DNA from: Mobula birostris
Lineage: Eukaryota
Assembly: GCF_030028105.1 (NCBI RefSeq)
Contig: NC_092374.1
Coordinates: 197,589,345 to 197,653,344, forward strand
Length of the DNA: 64,000 bases
Direction of reading: 5' to 3'
This document shows, one piece after another, positions 25,601 to 37,617 of the stretch. Each line of letters begins with the position of its first letter. The stretch's first letter is position 1. The translations under genes and the position numbers were made by a program. Below the pieces are notes generated by a model. It saw only the letters and a list, made by a program, of their open reading frames with translations. It did not search any database and was not told where the DNA came from.

Positions 25601-25764
25601 CCATGCTCTTTACTTGCTGCTGCCATCAGGTGAGGTAAAAGTGCCTCAGGATTCACACCACCGGGTTCCTGAACAGTTACTACCCCCCAACCATCAGGCT
25701 CTTGAACAAAAGGGGATATCTACACTCATTTAAGGACTCTGTTATATTGATTATAATAAAGTCA

Positions 25765-26810
25765 TAATTAGTGCAGTGAATAGAGGGGAACAGGTGGATG
25801 TTATATTCTTGGATTTCCAGAAGCTGTTCAATAAGGTTAATTAAGATACGGATCCATGGAGTCGGAGGAAGTGTATTGGCATGGATAGTGGATTGGTTAA
25901 CAGATATAAGGCAGAGAGTTGGCGTAAATGGGATCTTCTCCGGTTGGCAGTCAGTGGTGAGTGGGGTGCCGCAGGGGTCAGTGCTGGGCCCGCAACTGTT
26001 TACCATTTACATTGATGATTTGGAAGAGGGGACTGAGTGTAGTGTAGCAAAATCTGCTGATGACACTAGACTGAGTGGAAAAGTAAATTGTACAGAGGAT
26101 ATGGAGAGTCTGCAGAGGGATATAGATAGGTTAAGTGAGTGGGACAAGGTCTAGCAGATGGAATACAACTTTGGTAAATGAGAAATCATCCACTTTGGAA
26201 GGAATAATAGAAGAGCAGATTATTATTTAAACGGTGAAAGATTGCAACATGCTGTTGTGCAGAGGGACTTGGGAGTGCTTGTACATGAATTGCAAAAAGT
26301 TGGCTTGCAGGTACAACAGGTTAGGAAGAAGGCGAACAGAATGTTGGCCTTCATTGCTAGAGGGATTGAATTCAAGAGCAGGGAGATGATACTGCAACTA
26401 TACAGGGTACTGTGTGCAGTTCTGGTCTCCATACTTGAGGAAGGATATACTGGCTTTGGAGGCAGTGCAGAGGAGGTTCATCAGGTTGATTCCATGGATG
26501 AAAGGGTTAACCTACCAGGAGAGATTGGGTCGCCTGGGACTATACTCTCTGGAATTCAGAAGAATGAGAGGGAATCTTATAGAAACATACAAAATTTTGA
26601 AAGGGATAGATAAGATAAAAGTGGGAAACTAGTTTCTTTTTTTTAATTTTATTTTTATTTGGATAAGGAATTCACAAATATCATGTACTTTTTTCACACA
26701 TGTAACCTTTTCCATTTTTTTATATGTATAAAACTACAATTATTGATACATTCTTAAGTAGGTAAGACTAGAACTGGGGCACATTCACTTCAAGATTCAG
26801 GGGAGAAGAT
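25765..26810 (+). mobile_element. CR1 RT fragment
   Basis: [36 protein letters not shown]. Confidence 0.85.
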
Positions 26811-27249
26811 TTATTTTCTGTTACTTATCCATTTAATACTGTTTTTCTATTACTGTCTTGTTTTTATCTACGGCTTTATTTAATTGCCTGAGAAACAGAG
26901 TTTCATTGTACCTATGTATAATGACAATAAAGATCATTCAATTCAATTCAAAAATTCAATTTCCGATGGAGATGAGCAGAAACTGCACGTTCCAAACTCA
27001 CGAGATTTCAGTGTAGCTTTTTTAACTGTTTCATTAAGCCATTCCATTTCAAATGAACCCGCTCTTCACACGACCTTAGACCAACTGGACAGGATGCTGT
27101 TTGTTGTCACCATCAATATTTAACATCACCATTCCCACAGTCCTGATCAACAAGCTATGAACACTACCTCACTGCTTTTTTTAAAATTTGTGCAGTTACA
27201 CTACGTATCTTAATTTAACTGTTTAATATGCATATCTATATACTTACTG

Positions 27250-27820
27250 TAATAAAGTGCTGTCTTAGAGTGCGTCTGTGCTCTAGCAGGTCCATTTGAA
27301 TGTTCTCCATGCTGTTCATTCAGACGCTCTTCTGCACACCACTGTTGTACCACATGGTTACTTGAGTTACTGTCACCTTCCTGTCGTCCAGAACCAGTCT
27401 GACCGTTCTCCTCCGACCACTCTCAACAACAAGGCATTTTCGCTCACGGCAGGATTTTTGTTTTACTCACCATTCTCTGTAAACTTTAGAGAACGTTGCA
27501 AACAAAAGTCCCAGAGATCAGTAGTTTTTGAGATACTCAAACCACCCTGCCTGGCACCAACAGTCATTCCACAGTAAAAATCACATTTCTTCCTCAACCC
27601 ATTGTTTGTTCTGAACAACAACTTGACCATGTCTGCATGCTATTATGCACTGAGCTGCTGCCACATGATTGGCTGTTTAGTTGTTTGCATTAACCAGCAG
27701 AAACACGGGATTGGCTGTTCAGTTGTTTGCATAACCTGCAGACACAAAGGATTGGCTGTTTAGTTGTTTGCATTAACCAGCAGACACACAGCTGTACCTA
27801 GTAAAGTGGCCACTGAGTGT
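27250..27820 (-). mobile_element. Paralogue of the Tc1-like element at 8852 (left TIR lost); also at about 40917-41487
   Basis: Collinear with 8893-9376; short internal triplication of gattggctgtt..gttgtttgcat. Confidence 0.75.
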
Positions 27821-27933
27821 CCGACTGTGACAGACCCGATTCTGATCCGGAGCTGATCCTAGCGCCTTACACCCCTGGCCCAAGGGAACCTCCAGCAGCG
27901 GGTCAACATATTAATGCAATATCACTAATATAG

Positions 27934-28153
27934 TGGCCAAGTGGTTAAGGCATTCGACTAGCGATCTGAAGGTCATGAATTCGAGCCCCAGCTGAGGCAT
28001 CGATGTTACCACCGAGACAACATCGGTGCCATGGAGAGGAGAGACTTGCAGTATGGGCAACTGCTGGTCTTCCATACAACCTTGTCCAGGCCTGAGTGAA
28101 AACTTTCCAGGCGCAGATCCATGGTCTCACAAGACGAACGGATGCCATAAATA
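27934..28153 (+). mobile_element. tRNA-headed SINE
   Basis: A-box TGGCCAAGTGG, B-box-like GAATTCGAGCC; TSD actaatat(a/g)g at 27924-27933 and 28154-28163; absent from copies 1 and 2. Confidence 0.75.
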
Positions 28154-28640
28154 ACTAATATGGACATTATCCACAACCTCCACAAGACTTCTGTATCCTC
28201 CAGGACCACATCTCACCATTGAGCCAAACTAAACTCTAAAGCTTGCCAACACCACAGGCATGAAATTGATATAAAATAAAATTAATGCTCTGGCCAATTA
28301 ATCTCTGCTGCCTTTTACACCATTCATAAATGTACATGCTGATTTTACCTTCATTAATTATTTTCTGCACTGTCGCCAGGTATCTAAGATTGCCACTCAA
28401 TCTTACAATGTCATGCTGTATGGTGGCCAATCCACAACTAAAGAAAGAAAAAGGCTCGGGGGCAGATGTGAGGCAGAGTTCAGCGCTGTCAACCTCGATA
28501 GAAAGTCACTAAAAAGTCATCGGGTAATTTTTTTAATCCCATAAACAAATTACATAAATGCTTTCCATCGTAAATTGTCATTACATAAATATGAACAATA
28601 ACATTATCCCCACATCACACACACTCTCGATGTTTGTTTC

Positions 28641-29724
28641 TGTTATAGCCAGGTCCATGAAGTCCGTATTCCGGTTCACGGTCCGGTCCATCGACCCTTG
28701 CTCCAGGTTGTTCTATCTACCCTGTTTCTGTTCTTGTTGAGCTAATTGAGGTAGCTGATGCTTGTTGGGGCTCGCTGCATAAATACCTCCAGAGACCAGG
28801 GCGCGGTTGCTGGATTGTTCCTGTCCTTACTCCTTGTATCCCTTCCCCTGCCTTCTGTTTTCTCGCCTGAAGCCTTGCCTTGTCTTGCTGGTAACTCTCG
28901 CCTCGCCTGAAGTTCTGTCTCGCCTTGCTTTGCCAGAAGTCCTGCCTTATTTTGCCGGTAACTCTCGCCTCACCTGAAGTTCTCGTCTTGCCTTGCTCTG
29001 CCAGTAGCCTTGCCTTTTCTTGCTGTCAGGTCCTGGAGCCACCCTGTTCCTAGATCCTTTCCTCTGCCGTTACCTGGGGTTGGTTCTGTCCCTTCCTGTC
29101 CCTTGCCTCTGTCGGGTGGTGATCCGTGCCCTGCCCAGGAGGAGCCTGCCAAGCCTCGCCTCAAGTTTCCAGCCTCCTGCCGCGCCTCGCTTCAAGTCTC
29201 CTGCCTCCCACCTCCAGCCTCGCCTCAAGTCTCAAGTCTCCGGCCTCCAGCCTCATCCTCAACCTCGCCTCACCTCAAGATCCTGCCTCCAGCCTCAGCC
29301 TCGCTTTGCCTCAAGTCTCCTGCCTCCAGCCTCACCTCAGGTCTCCTGCCTCCAGCCTCGCCTCCTATCCTGCCTAGCCTCTAGCCTGAAGACTCCAGCC
29401 TCTAGCCTCTAGCCTCTTGCCAAGCCAAGCCAAGTATCTAGCCTCTAGCTTCAAGCTGCAAGCCTGTAGATTTCTGCCTCGTCCTGCCTGGCTGCCAAGC
29501 CTCGTCCTTGCCTAGTTCTAGGGTCCGAGCCAGAGGTAAGACCTTGTCCAGTCTCTGGCTCGGAGTCCAAGCTCGGGCTCGTAGCTCTCTTGTCCTGTCC
29601 TGTTCCGGGTTCCCAGTTTTCCTGTCCATGTCCTTGCCATCGCCCTGTATCCTAGTCCTGTCCCTAGTACTTCAGTGTCTGTGTCTTGCACTTGGGTCCG
29701 TTCCTAGCCACCGCCCTTATGACA
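28641..29724 (+). mobile_element. Solo LTR-like element (1084 bp) with internal pyrimidine-rich minisatellite
   Basis: TGTTA...TGACA termini, 5-bp TSD gtttc; empty site ttgtttcataacc in copies 1 and 2. Confidence 0.85.
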
Positions 29725-29774
29725 GTTTCATAACCGACACTACACGGGGAGTATCGCTGAGAGCCCGCAAGCCG

Positions 29775-30552
29775 CCGGGACTTCGCGAAAATTCTGGAGG
29801 TGGCGAGGTAGATCTGGTGCAGAGTCTGGCAGAATCTGACAACACTAACATCGCTGCGTTACGGATAATTTATTTTAACTTGTTTAAGTCACCTTCCCTT
29901 AGCAATGTACTATGCTAGGGCTGCAAAAGGAGTAATTATGACATTTGAACCTGTATATTTAGACCAAAACAAAAAAAAACTTCTCGCGCAAACTTCACCA
30001 TCACTTCTGTCAGTCTGATAATACTTTTTTAACTCCGTGTCATGTCCTGTTTTGGTCACAAACACCGCAAAAGTCCTTTTGTCAAAACTTAATGTCATAA
30101 ACTCTGACTTTCAGTTCTATACTTCCTTTAAGTACTCTGTTACTAATTTCGTCCTGCCGATATTAACCAGAGCTGTCGATCCTTGTTTGCTGGCTTCGTC
30201 CCTTAAGGCCAGAGAATTCTCTCCCCAGAAGGTGCTTGAGTTTTTTTCTTGCGTGTAGGGAACTTTCGGAAGAAATTGCTGGTTTCGTATAGTTTAAGAA
30301 GTGTTTCAAAGGGTTCCCAAATGACTCGGTTTTCAGCCAGAACCTCCTTGACTGCACCAGATCTTTCTCGCTATTACCAGAATTTTCCCGAAGTCCCGGC
30401 AAGTCTCGGACTAGCCGCGCTGTGATTGGCCGCCGCCTCGGAACCTTCTCCAGCCTTCGGCGGTGAGTCACTCGCCGGCGTTTTCATTGGTTTAGCTGGT
30501 CGTCCCTCAAGAACAAAGTACCGCCCACATAGCTGCGCTGGGACGATATTAA
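29775..30552 (+). promoter_or_regulatory. hsp70 copy 3 promoter
   Basis: HSEs cTTCgcGAAaaTTCtgGAGg (29781-29800) and aGAAttTTCccGAAg (30379-30393); CCAAT, AP-1 and GC boxes; TATA changed to GATATTAA (30545). Confidence 0.8.
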
Positions 30553-30654
30553 GGTCCGGAGCAGCGGACCAGGCAGTAACGATCTGCTTGGAGAAGCAAG
30601 GAATTCCTTCTGGTATTTCAATACAGAACGTCGGAGCTTTCGTCAGAAACACAG

Positions 30655-32577
30655 ATGTCTGCACCAACGGGGACAGCCATCGGTATCGACCTGGGCACCA
30701 CCTACTCCTGTGTGGGGGTCTTCCAACATGGCAAGGTGGAGATCATCGCCAACGACCAGGGCAACCGCACCACCCCCAGCTATGTGGCCTTCAACGACAC
30801 CGAGAGGCTCATCGGTGATGCAGCCAAGAACCAGGTGGCAATGAACCCCACCAACACCATCTTTGATGCCAAGCGGCTCATCGGGAGAAGGTTTGACGAC
30901 CCGACGGTGCAGTCTGACATGAAGCACTGGCCCTTCCAGGTGGTGAGTGATGCGGGGAAGCCAAAGGTGAAGGTGGAGTACAAGGGGGAGAACAAGACCT
31001 TTGACCCAGAGGAAATCTCCTCCATGGTGCTGACCAAGATGAAGGAAATTGCTGAGGCTTACCTTGGCTGCAGAGTCACCAACGCTGTCATCACTGTTCC
31101 TGCTTACTTCAATGACTCCCAACGCCAGGCAACCAAAGATGCTGGTGTGATAGCTGGTCTCAATGTCCTGCGTGTCATCAATGAGCCAACAGCAGCTGCC
31201 ATTGCCTATGGTCTGGACAAGAAAGGCAAAGGGGAGCGTAATGTTCTCATCTTTGACCTGGGTGGTGGCACCTTCGATGTGTCCATTCTCTCCATCGATG
31301 ATGGTATCTTTGAAGTGAAATCAACAGCTGGAGATACCCACCTGGGAGGAGAGGACTTTGACAACCGCATGGTCAATCACTTCATTGAGGAGTTCAAGCG
31401 GAAATACAAGAAAGACATCAGCCAGAACAAGAGAGCGGTGAGGAGGCTGCGGACGGCCTGTGAGAGAGCAAAGAGAACGCTGTCTTCCAGCACCCAAGCC
31501 AGTATTGAGATTGACTCTCTGTTTGAGGGTGTTGATTTCTACACCTCTATCACAAGGGCTCGCTTTGAGGAGCTGAACTCTGACCTGTTCAGGGGCACTC
31601 TGGAGCCAGTGGAGAAAGCCCTGAGAGATGCCAAGCTGGACAAATCCCAGATCCATGAAACTGTCCTGGTCGGAGGCTCCACCCGAATCCCCAAGATCCA
31701 GAAGCTGCTGCAAGATTTCTTCAACGGTAGAGAGCTGAACAAGAGCATCAACCCCGACGAGGCCGTGGCCTATGGGGCAGCTGTCCAGGCAGCCATTCTG
31801 ATGGGCGACAAGTCGGAGAATGTTCAGGATCTGCTACTCCTGGATGTTGCTGCTCTGTCATTGGGGCTGGAGACGGCAGGTGGAGTCATGACCACCCTTA
31901 TCGAGCGTAACACCACCATCCCCACCAAGCAGACCCAGATCTTCAGCACCTACTCTGATAACCAGCCTGGGGTCCTTATTCAGGTGTTTGAAGGCGAGAG
32001 AGCCATGACCAAGGACAACAACCTTCTGGGCAAGTTTGAGTTGAGTGGCATCCCTCCCGCTCCTCGTGGCATACCCCAGATTGAGGTGACCTTCGATATT
32101 GACGCCAATGGCATTCTCAATGTCTCTGCTGTTGACAAGAGCACTGGGAAAACAAACAAGATCACCATCACCAACGACAAGGGCAGGCTGAGTAAGGAGG
32201 AAATTGACAGGATGGTGCAAGATGCAGAGAAGTACAAGAATGAGGATGAAATGCAGCGGCAGAAGATTGCAGCCAAGAACTCCCTGGAGTCCTATGCCTT
32301 CAACATGAAGGGCTCTGTGGAGGATGAGAAGATGGCCGGAAAGATCAGTGCTGAGGACAAGAGGAAAGTCATTGACCTGTGCAATGAAACAATATCCTGG
32401 CTGGAGAAGAATCAGATGGCAGAGAAGGAGGAGTTTGAGCACAAGCAGAAAGAGCTGGAAGAACTCAGCAATCCCATCATTGCTAAACTGTACCAAGGAG
32501 CAGCCACAGGGGAATCGTGCAGGGCACAGGCTGGGACTGCCAGTTCTGCCGGACCAGCTATTGAGGAGGTGGATTAA
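30655..32577 (+). CDS. hsp70: Intronless Hsp70, 640 aa (copy 3)
   Basis: All three Hsp70 signatures (third reads TVLVGG); ends GPAIEEVD. Confidence 0.97.
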   Translation: MSAPTGTAIGIDLGTTYSCVGVFQHGKVEIIANDQGNRTTPSYVAFNDTERLIGDAAKNQVAMNPTNTIFDAKRLIGRRFDDPTVQSDMKHWPFQVVSDAGKPKVKVEYKGENKTFDPEEISSMVLTKMKEIAEAYLGCRVTNAVITVPAYFNDSQRQATKDAGVIAGLNVLRVINEPTAAAIAYGLDKKGKGERNVLIFDLGGGTFDVSILSIDDGIFEVKSTAGDTHLGGEDFDNRMVNHFIEEFKRKYKKDISQNKRAVRRLRTACERAKRTLSSSTQASIEIDSLFEGVDFYTSITRARFEELNSDLFRGTLEPVEKALRDAKLDKSQIHETVLVGGSTRIPKIQKLLQDFFNGRELNKSINPDEAVAYGAAVQAAILMGDKSENVQDLLLLDVAALSLGLETAGGVMTTLIERNTTIPTKQTQIFSTYSDNQPGVLIQVFEGERAMTKDNNLLGKFELSGIPPAPRGIPQIEVTFDIDANGILNVSAVDKSTGKTNKITITNDKGRLSKEEIDRMVQDAEKYKNEDEMQRQKIAAKNSLESYAFNMKGSVEDEKMAGKISAEDKRKVIDLCNETISWLEKNQMAEKEEFEHKQKELEELSNPIIAKLYQGAATGESCRAQAGTASSAGPAIEEVD

Positions 32578-33093
32578 AGGACTGTAAATGTGACTGTCTG
32601 GGGCTTGCACGGTTTGAGCTCTCTCGACACTTCAGTGGGTCTGATGCTGATGTTGGCACTTGGGAATAGTCTTCACTGTAACACCACGGGGTTATGTCAA
32701 TGTCCTGAATCTGGCTGTGTTTGTAAACACTGGTAACTAGGTCTATTCAATTCCTTTGATCGGGTTTTCTGTATTGGGTTACTTTATTTTTTTTAAAGTC
32801 ATCTGTTTTGGAATGTAAACTTTGTACAGTCTTAAGTATCTTGTAAAATGCTTTTAATAAATCTTTTATTTTTTAAAAAAATTGGGTGTAATTATATTTC
32901 ATCACCAGGGAAGGAAAACTTGCCATTTTGTTTTCAAATACATGAAGTCAACAATTTATAGGTCTTAAAGTATCACTGTATCTCAATAAATGTTCCCTCC
33001 TCTTCCTCCCTTTCCCAGGGATATCTTCCTTCTAATTTCCAGCACACCTTCTTTCTGGATCTCTCTTGTCAACACTTCCCCGCTCTCACAGGT

Positions 33094-34226
33094 GATAGTC
33101 ATAGTCACACTTTATTGATCCTGGGAGAAATTGGTTTTCGTTACAGTTGCACCATAAATAATTAAATAGTAATAAAGCCATAAATAGTTAAATAGTAATA
33201 TGTAAATTATGCCAGGAAATAAGTCCAGGACTAGCCTATTGGCTCAGGGTGTCCGAAACTCCAAGGGAGGAGTTCTAAAGTTTGGTGGCCACAGGCAGCA
33301 ATGACTTCCTATGACACTCTGTGTTGCATCTCGGTGGAATGAGTCTTTGGCTGAATGTACTCCTGTGCCCAACCAGTACATTATGTACTGGATGGGAGAC
33401 ATTGTCCAAGATGGCATGCAACCTGGACAGCATCCTCTTCTCAGACACCACCATCAGAGAGTCCAGTTCCATCCCCACAACATCATTGGCCTTACGAATG
33501 AGTTTGTTGATTCTGTTGGTGTCTGCTACCCTCGGCCTACTGCCCCAGCACACAACAGCAAACATGATAGCACTGGCCACCACAGACTCGTAGAACATCC
33601 TCAGCATCATCCGGCAGATGTTAAAGGACCTCAGTCTCCTCAGGAAATAGAGACGGCTCTGAACCTTCTTGTAGACAGCCTCAGTGTTCTTTGACCAGTC
33701 CAGTTTATTGTCAATTCGTAAATCCAGGTATTTGGAATCCTCCACCATGTCCACACTGACCCCCTGGATGGAAACAGGGGTCACCGGTACCTTAGCTCTC
33801 CTCAGGTCTACCACCAGCTCCTTAGTCTTTTTCACATTAAGCTGCAGATAATTCTGCTCACACCATGTGACAAAGTTTCCTACCGTAGCCCTGTACTCAG
33901 CCTCATCTCCCTTGCTGATGCATCCAACTATGACAGAGTCATCAGAAAACTTCTGAAGATGACAAGACTCTGTGCAGTAGTTGAAGTCTGAGGTGTAAAT
34001 GGTGAAGAGAAAGGGAGATAAGACAGTCCCCTGTGGAGCCCCAGTGCTGCTGATCACTCTGTCGGACACATAGCGTTGCCAGCACATGTACTGTGGTCTG
34101 CTAGTCAGGTAATCAAGAATCCATGACACCAGGAAAGCATCCACCTGCATCGCTGTCAGCTTCTCCCCCAGCAGAGCAGGGTGGATTGTGTTGAACGCAC
34201 TGGAGAAGTCAAAAACCATGACTCTT
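33094..34226 (-). mobile_element. Rex1-clade LINE, same insertion site as in unit 2
   Basis: 314-aa RT ORF with FDFSSAFNTI, PQGTVLSP, FSDD; same junctions. Confidence 0.88.
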
Positions 34227-35092
34227 GGTGCAGCTTACCAGAAGGCTTTTGCCAGGAGATCTGGCATTGTCACCAAAAACGGCTTAATTAGCTGCCTTGG
34301 GAGAGAATCCCATATACTGGGAACGATTAGTATTGGCAGCAGGCTCAGTTTTGAGGTGTGTGTTTGGACAGGTACATGGAGGGGAGGTGATTGACAGGTT
34401 GCGGGCAACTGGAACTAGCCGGGAGGATGCTGTTGTGGGGCTTGGACAAGTTGGGTGGAAGGGCCTTTTCCCAGCTGCTCTCCGCACAACTGTTGGCATC
34501 ACCAACATCGTATCATGTCAGGATGTAAAAGAACTTTATCAGCCAAGGACAACCTGAAGCAGGTCTTCAATGCACTGAAGTGATACCACCAATACTGGAC
34601 ACACCCAACACACACATACACTATTTGATACACTGATATATGTTGTGAATTTTGTTGTTTAGTGGCAGCAGAACATTGCAATACATTGTAATTTCTAAAA
34701 CTATATATAAAATACGATAAGAAATACATATAAAATAAATTAAATAATTATTGCAGAATGGCGGCAAAATACTGTGTCTTAGTGGGCTTGAGATTAGAAT
34801 TCCGATGGCAGAGGGGAAGAAGTTTTTCTTGAAAAGTTGGGTGTGTCTTCTGGCTCCTGTATCTCCTCCTTGAAAGTCAGGCAGTATCTATGTTGGGAAA
34901 TGAACAGTGGACCAACAGCAGACTGTAAGCAGAAATTCATCAAATCCACTGGCAACAAGTATCCTGCTCATGGACTTTATCTCCTGCCCTGAGGACCAAG
35001 TTAAACTATTTTACCAGTGTCAGATATTTCTGTATTAACGCCGTGTGGATTGCCGCCTCTGGTATTCAAAACTGTCTCCCTTAAATAGTGAA

Positions 35093-35105
35093 NNNNNNNN
35101 NNNNN
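35093..35105. other. 13-N assembly gap flanked by a 149-bp direct duplication
   Basis: 34944-35092 repeated at 35106-35254; single copy in unit 4. Confidence 0.95.
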
Positions 35106-35287
35106 ATCCACTGGCAACAAGTATCCTGCTCATGGACTTTATCTCCTGCCCTGAGGACCAAGTTAAACTATTTTACCAGTGTCAGATATTTCTGTATTAA
35201 CGCCGTGTGGATTGCCGCCTCTGGTATTCAAAACTGTCTCCCTTAAATAGTGAACTGCCTCTGCCCTCTACAATAGAACATGCAGAA

Positions 35288-35414
35288 TTCTTTTTATTTT
35301 AAAATATACTTTATACAAAAATAAATTATATATACAATAAACCATTCAATAACTTTCCATCCTTTACATACGTTTCCATTGCGGTCTGTACATATCCGTA
35401 CTTATGGCCACCCA
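35288..35414 (-). mobile_element. Short Tx1-type 3' end occupying the position of the U1 gene
   Basis: Closely matches 19324-19447 (caataaaccattca..aactttccatcctttacatacgtttccatt). Confidence 0.75.
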
Positions 35415-35760
35415 AATATTTTGAAGATATATTTCCTACTTTTAGGAACGAACCTCCTAGAATACCGTTACCACAAATGCCCTAAATCTAGATTATTTGA
35501 TTAGCTGCTGTAGTTTAGTGCTGACAATTCCAAGACCTTAATCTGCATTTTTTCCAAAAAAGGAAATGTGCGCCACGATTGGTTTTGCAGCGACTGGTCG
35601 TTGCCGAACCCGACCGCACGGTGCCAGTGTTTTCCTTGAGGAAATGCAGGGAGCTGCCTGAGGCCCACAGGGTGAATGAACGGGCGGCCCCGTCCCCGGC
35701 CCCACAGACCGGGATTGCGTTGAGGCTGAAGGGGAGATTAGCCAGGATGTTGCAGGGCTG
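35415..35760 (-). promoter_or_regulatory. Orphan U1 distal promoter (no PSE, no U1); also at about 48920-49265
   Basis: Collinear with about 53931-54270; keeps taccacaaatgcc and atctgcat. Confidence 0.7.
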
Positions 35761-36850
35761 TTAGCTTTTTACTTATGAGTGGAGACTGAACAGACCAGCA
35801 GGGTTTCGGCCCAAAATGCCTGTACACAACGTTATGCCAAATAAAATTAAATCCCTTCGGCCGCCGCACGATCCTTATCTCTTCATACCCGGCAAGTTCT
35901 TATTTAAAACTGCACCATATCTGCTTCCACCACCACGCCATGCAGCTCCCTGATCATAAACTAACTCCCTCATCATAAAAATGCAAGTATTTGATATTTC
36001 TATTCGGAGAAAATCTCTTAATTTCACATGTTTCCCTCTCCATCCCTCTCTGCCTTCCGCAGGGATCGGTCCCTCCGTGAATCCCTGATCCACACGTCCC
36101 TCCCCACGGATCTCCCACCCGGCACTTATCCCTGTAAGCACGTGTTAGCTTTTCACTTATGAAGGGAGAGTGAACACAGGACAACACACGAGCAGGTTTT
36201 TCGGCCGAAAATGCCTGTACACAACGTTATGCCAAATAAAATTATATCCCTTCTGCCTCCACACGATCCCTATCTCTTCATACCCGGCAAGTTCTTATTT
36301 AAAACTGCACCATATCTGCTTCCACCACCACGCCATGCAGCTCCCTGATCATAAACTAACTCCCTCATCATAAAAATGCAAGTATTTGATATTTCTATTC
36401 GGAGAAAATCTCTTAATTTCGCATGTTTCCCTCTCCATCCCTCTCTGCCTTCCGCAGGGATCGGTCCCTCCGTGAATCCCTGATCCACACGTCCCTCCCC
36501 ACGGATCTCCCACCCGGCACTTATCCCTGTAAGCACAAGTGTTAGCTTTTCACTTATGAAGGGAGAGTGAACACAGGACAACACACGAGCAGGTTTTTCG
36601 GCCGAAAATGCCTGTACACAACGTTATGCCAAATAAAATTATATCCCTTCTGCCTCCACACGATCCCTATCTCTTCATACCCGGTCATGTTCTTATTTAA
36701 AACGCTCTTAAACTGCACCGTATCTGCTTCCACCACCACGACAAGCAGCTCGTTCCCGGGAAACCCACCAGCCTCTGGGTGAAAGAAAATCGCCTTTAAG
36801 CTAACTCCATCATCATAGAAATGCAAGTATTTGATATTTCTATTCGGAGT
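35760..36850. repeat. Roughly 390-bp tandem repeat, 3 starts (35760, 36144, 36541)
   Basis: Each starts gttagctttt..acttatga; only two starts at the equivalent place in unit 4. Confidence 0.8.
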
Positions 36851-37581
36851 AAAACTCTTAATCTTTTCTATAAGTGTTTCTCATCAATTTTAAAGCTGTT
36901 GGGTTTTGCCTCCATCCCCCGACAACTGAGAGAAATCTAGTGACGGGTCAGGTTAGATTTGTTTTCTTTGGTGATCATAAATGGGAGAGAGAGAGGCCCA
37001 GGTAGCGTGGACAGGGTCATTGTTTACCCAGTGGACAGTCGAGTTCAAACCAGAGTTTAGGAACGAGGGTTAGTGGGACCTGAGAATGAACTTCATCTCC
37101 CAGAGGGTGGTTGGAATCTGGAAACGTTCAAAGTTCAAAGTAAAATTTATTATTAGCAATTCAGGAACAGCTTCTTCCCCACTGCAATCAGTGTTCATGG
37201 GATCAATGACCATTCAGAAATCAGACCCACCATGAATACTGCTCATATATATATATAAATTTGTTTTGTACTAGTTTTAATGTATTAAATGCACATATAT
37301 AGACTTACTGTAATTGATCTACTTACGTATTTATTTTCTATATTGAATTGCAAGGTATTGCATTGAACTGCTGCTGCTATGTTAACAGATTTCACAACAC
37401 ATACCTGTGATAATATCTCTTACTGCTCCCCATCTGCAATTTCTTCGGCTCTTCAACTTTTCCACCACATTTTGACTCAGACTCGCAGGTTTTGGCTCCA
37501 TCCCTCCCCCTCCTGTCTTCTCCTATCGTTTTGGAACTCCCCCTCTCACTTTCAAATCTCTTACTAACTCTTCCTTCAGTT

Positions 37582-37617
37582 AGTCCTGACGAAGGGTCTC
37601 GGCCTGAAACGTTGACT
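37582..37617 (+). ncRNA. Minimal hammerhead ribozyme motif in a Penelope-like fragment
   Basis: agtc-CTGACGA-agggtctcggcct-GAAA-cgtt-gact. Confidence 0.6.

Noticed and set aside
27932-28005. tRNA-like sequence
   Set aside because: No acceptor stem, altered T-loop, followed by a SINE body and TSD.
28860-29460. Short repeats and Pro/Ser-rich ORFs (CRISPR-like or coding?)
   Set aside because: Degenerate minisatellite inside an LTR; no unique spacers, eukaryotic context.
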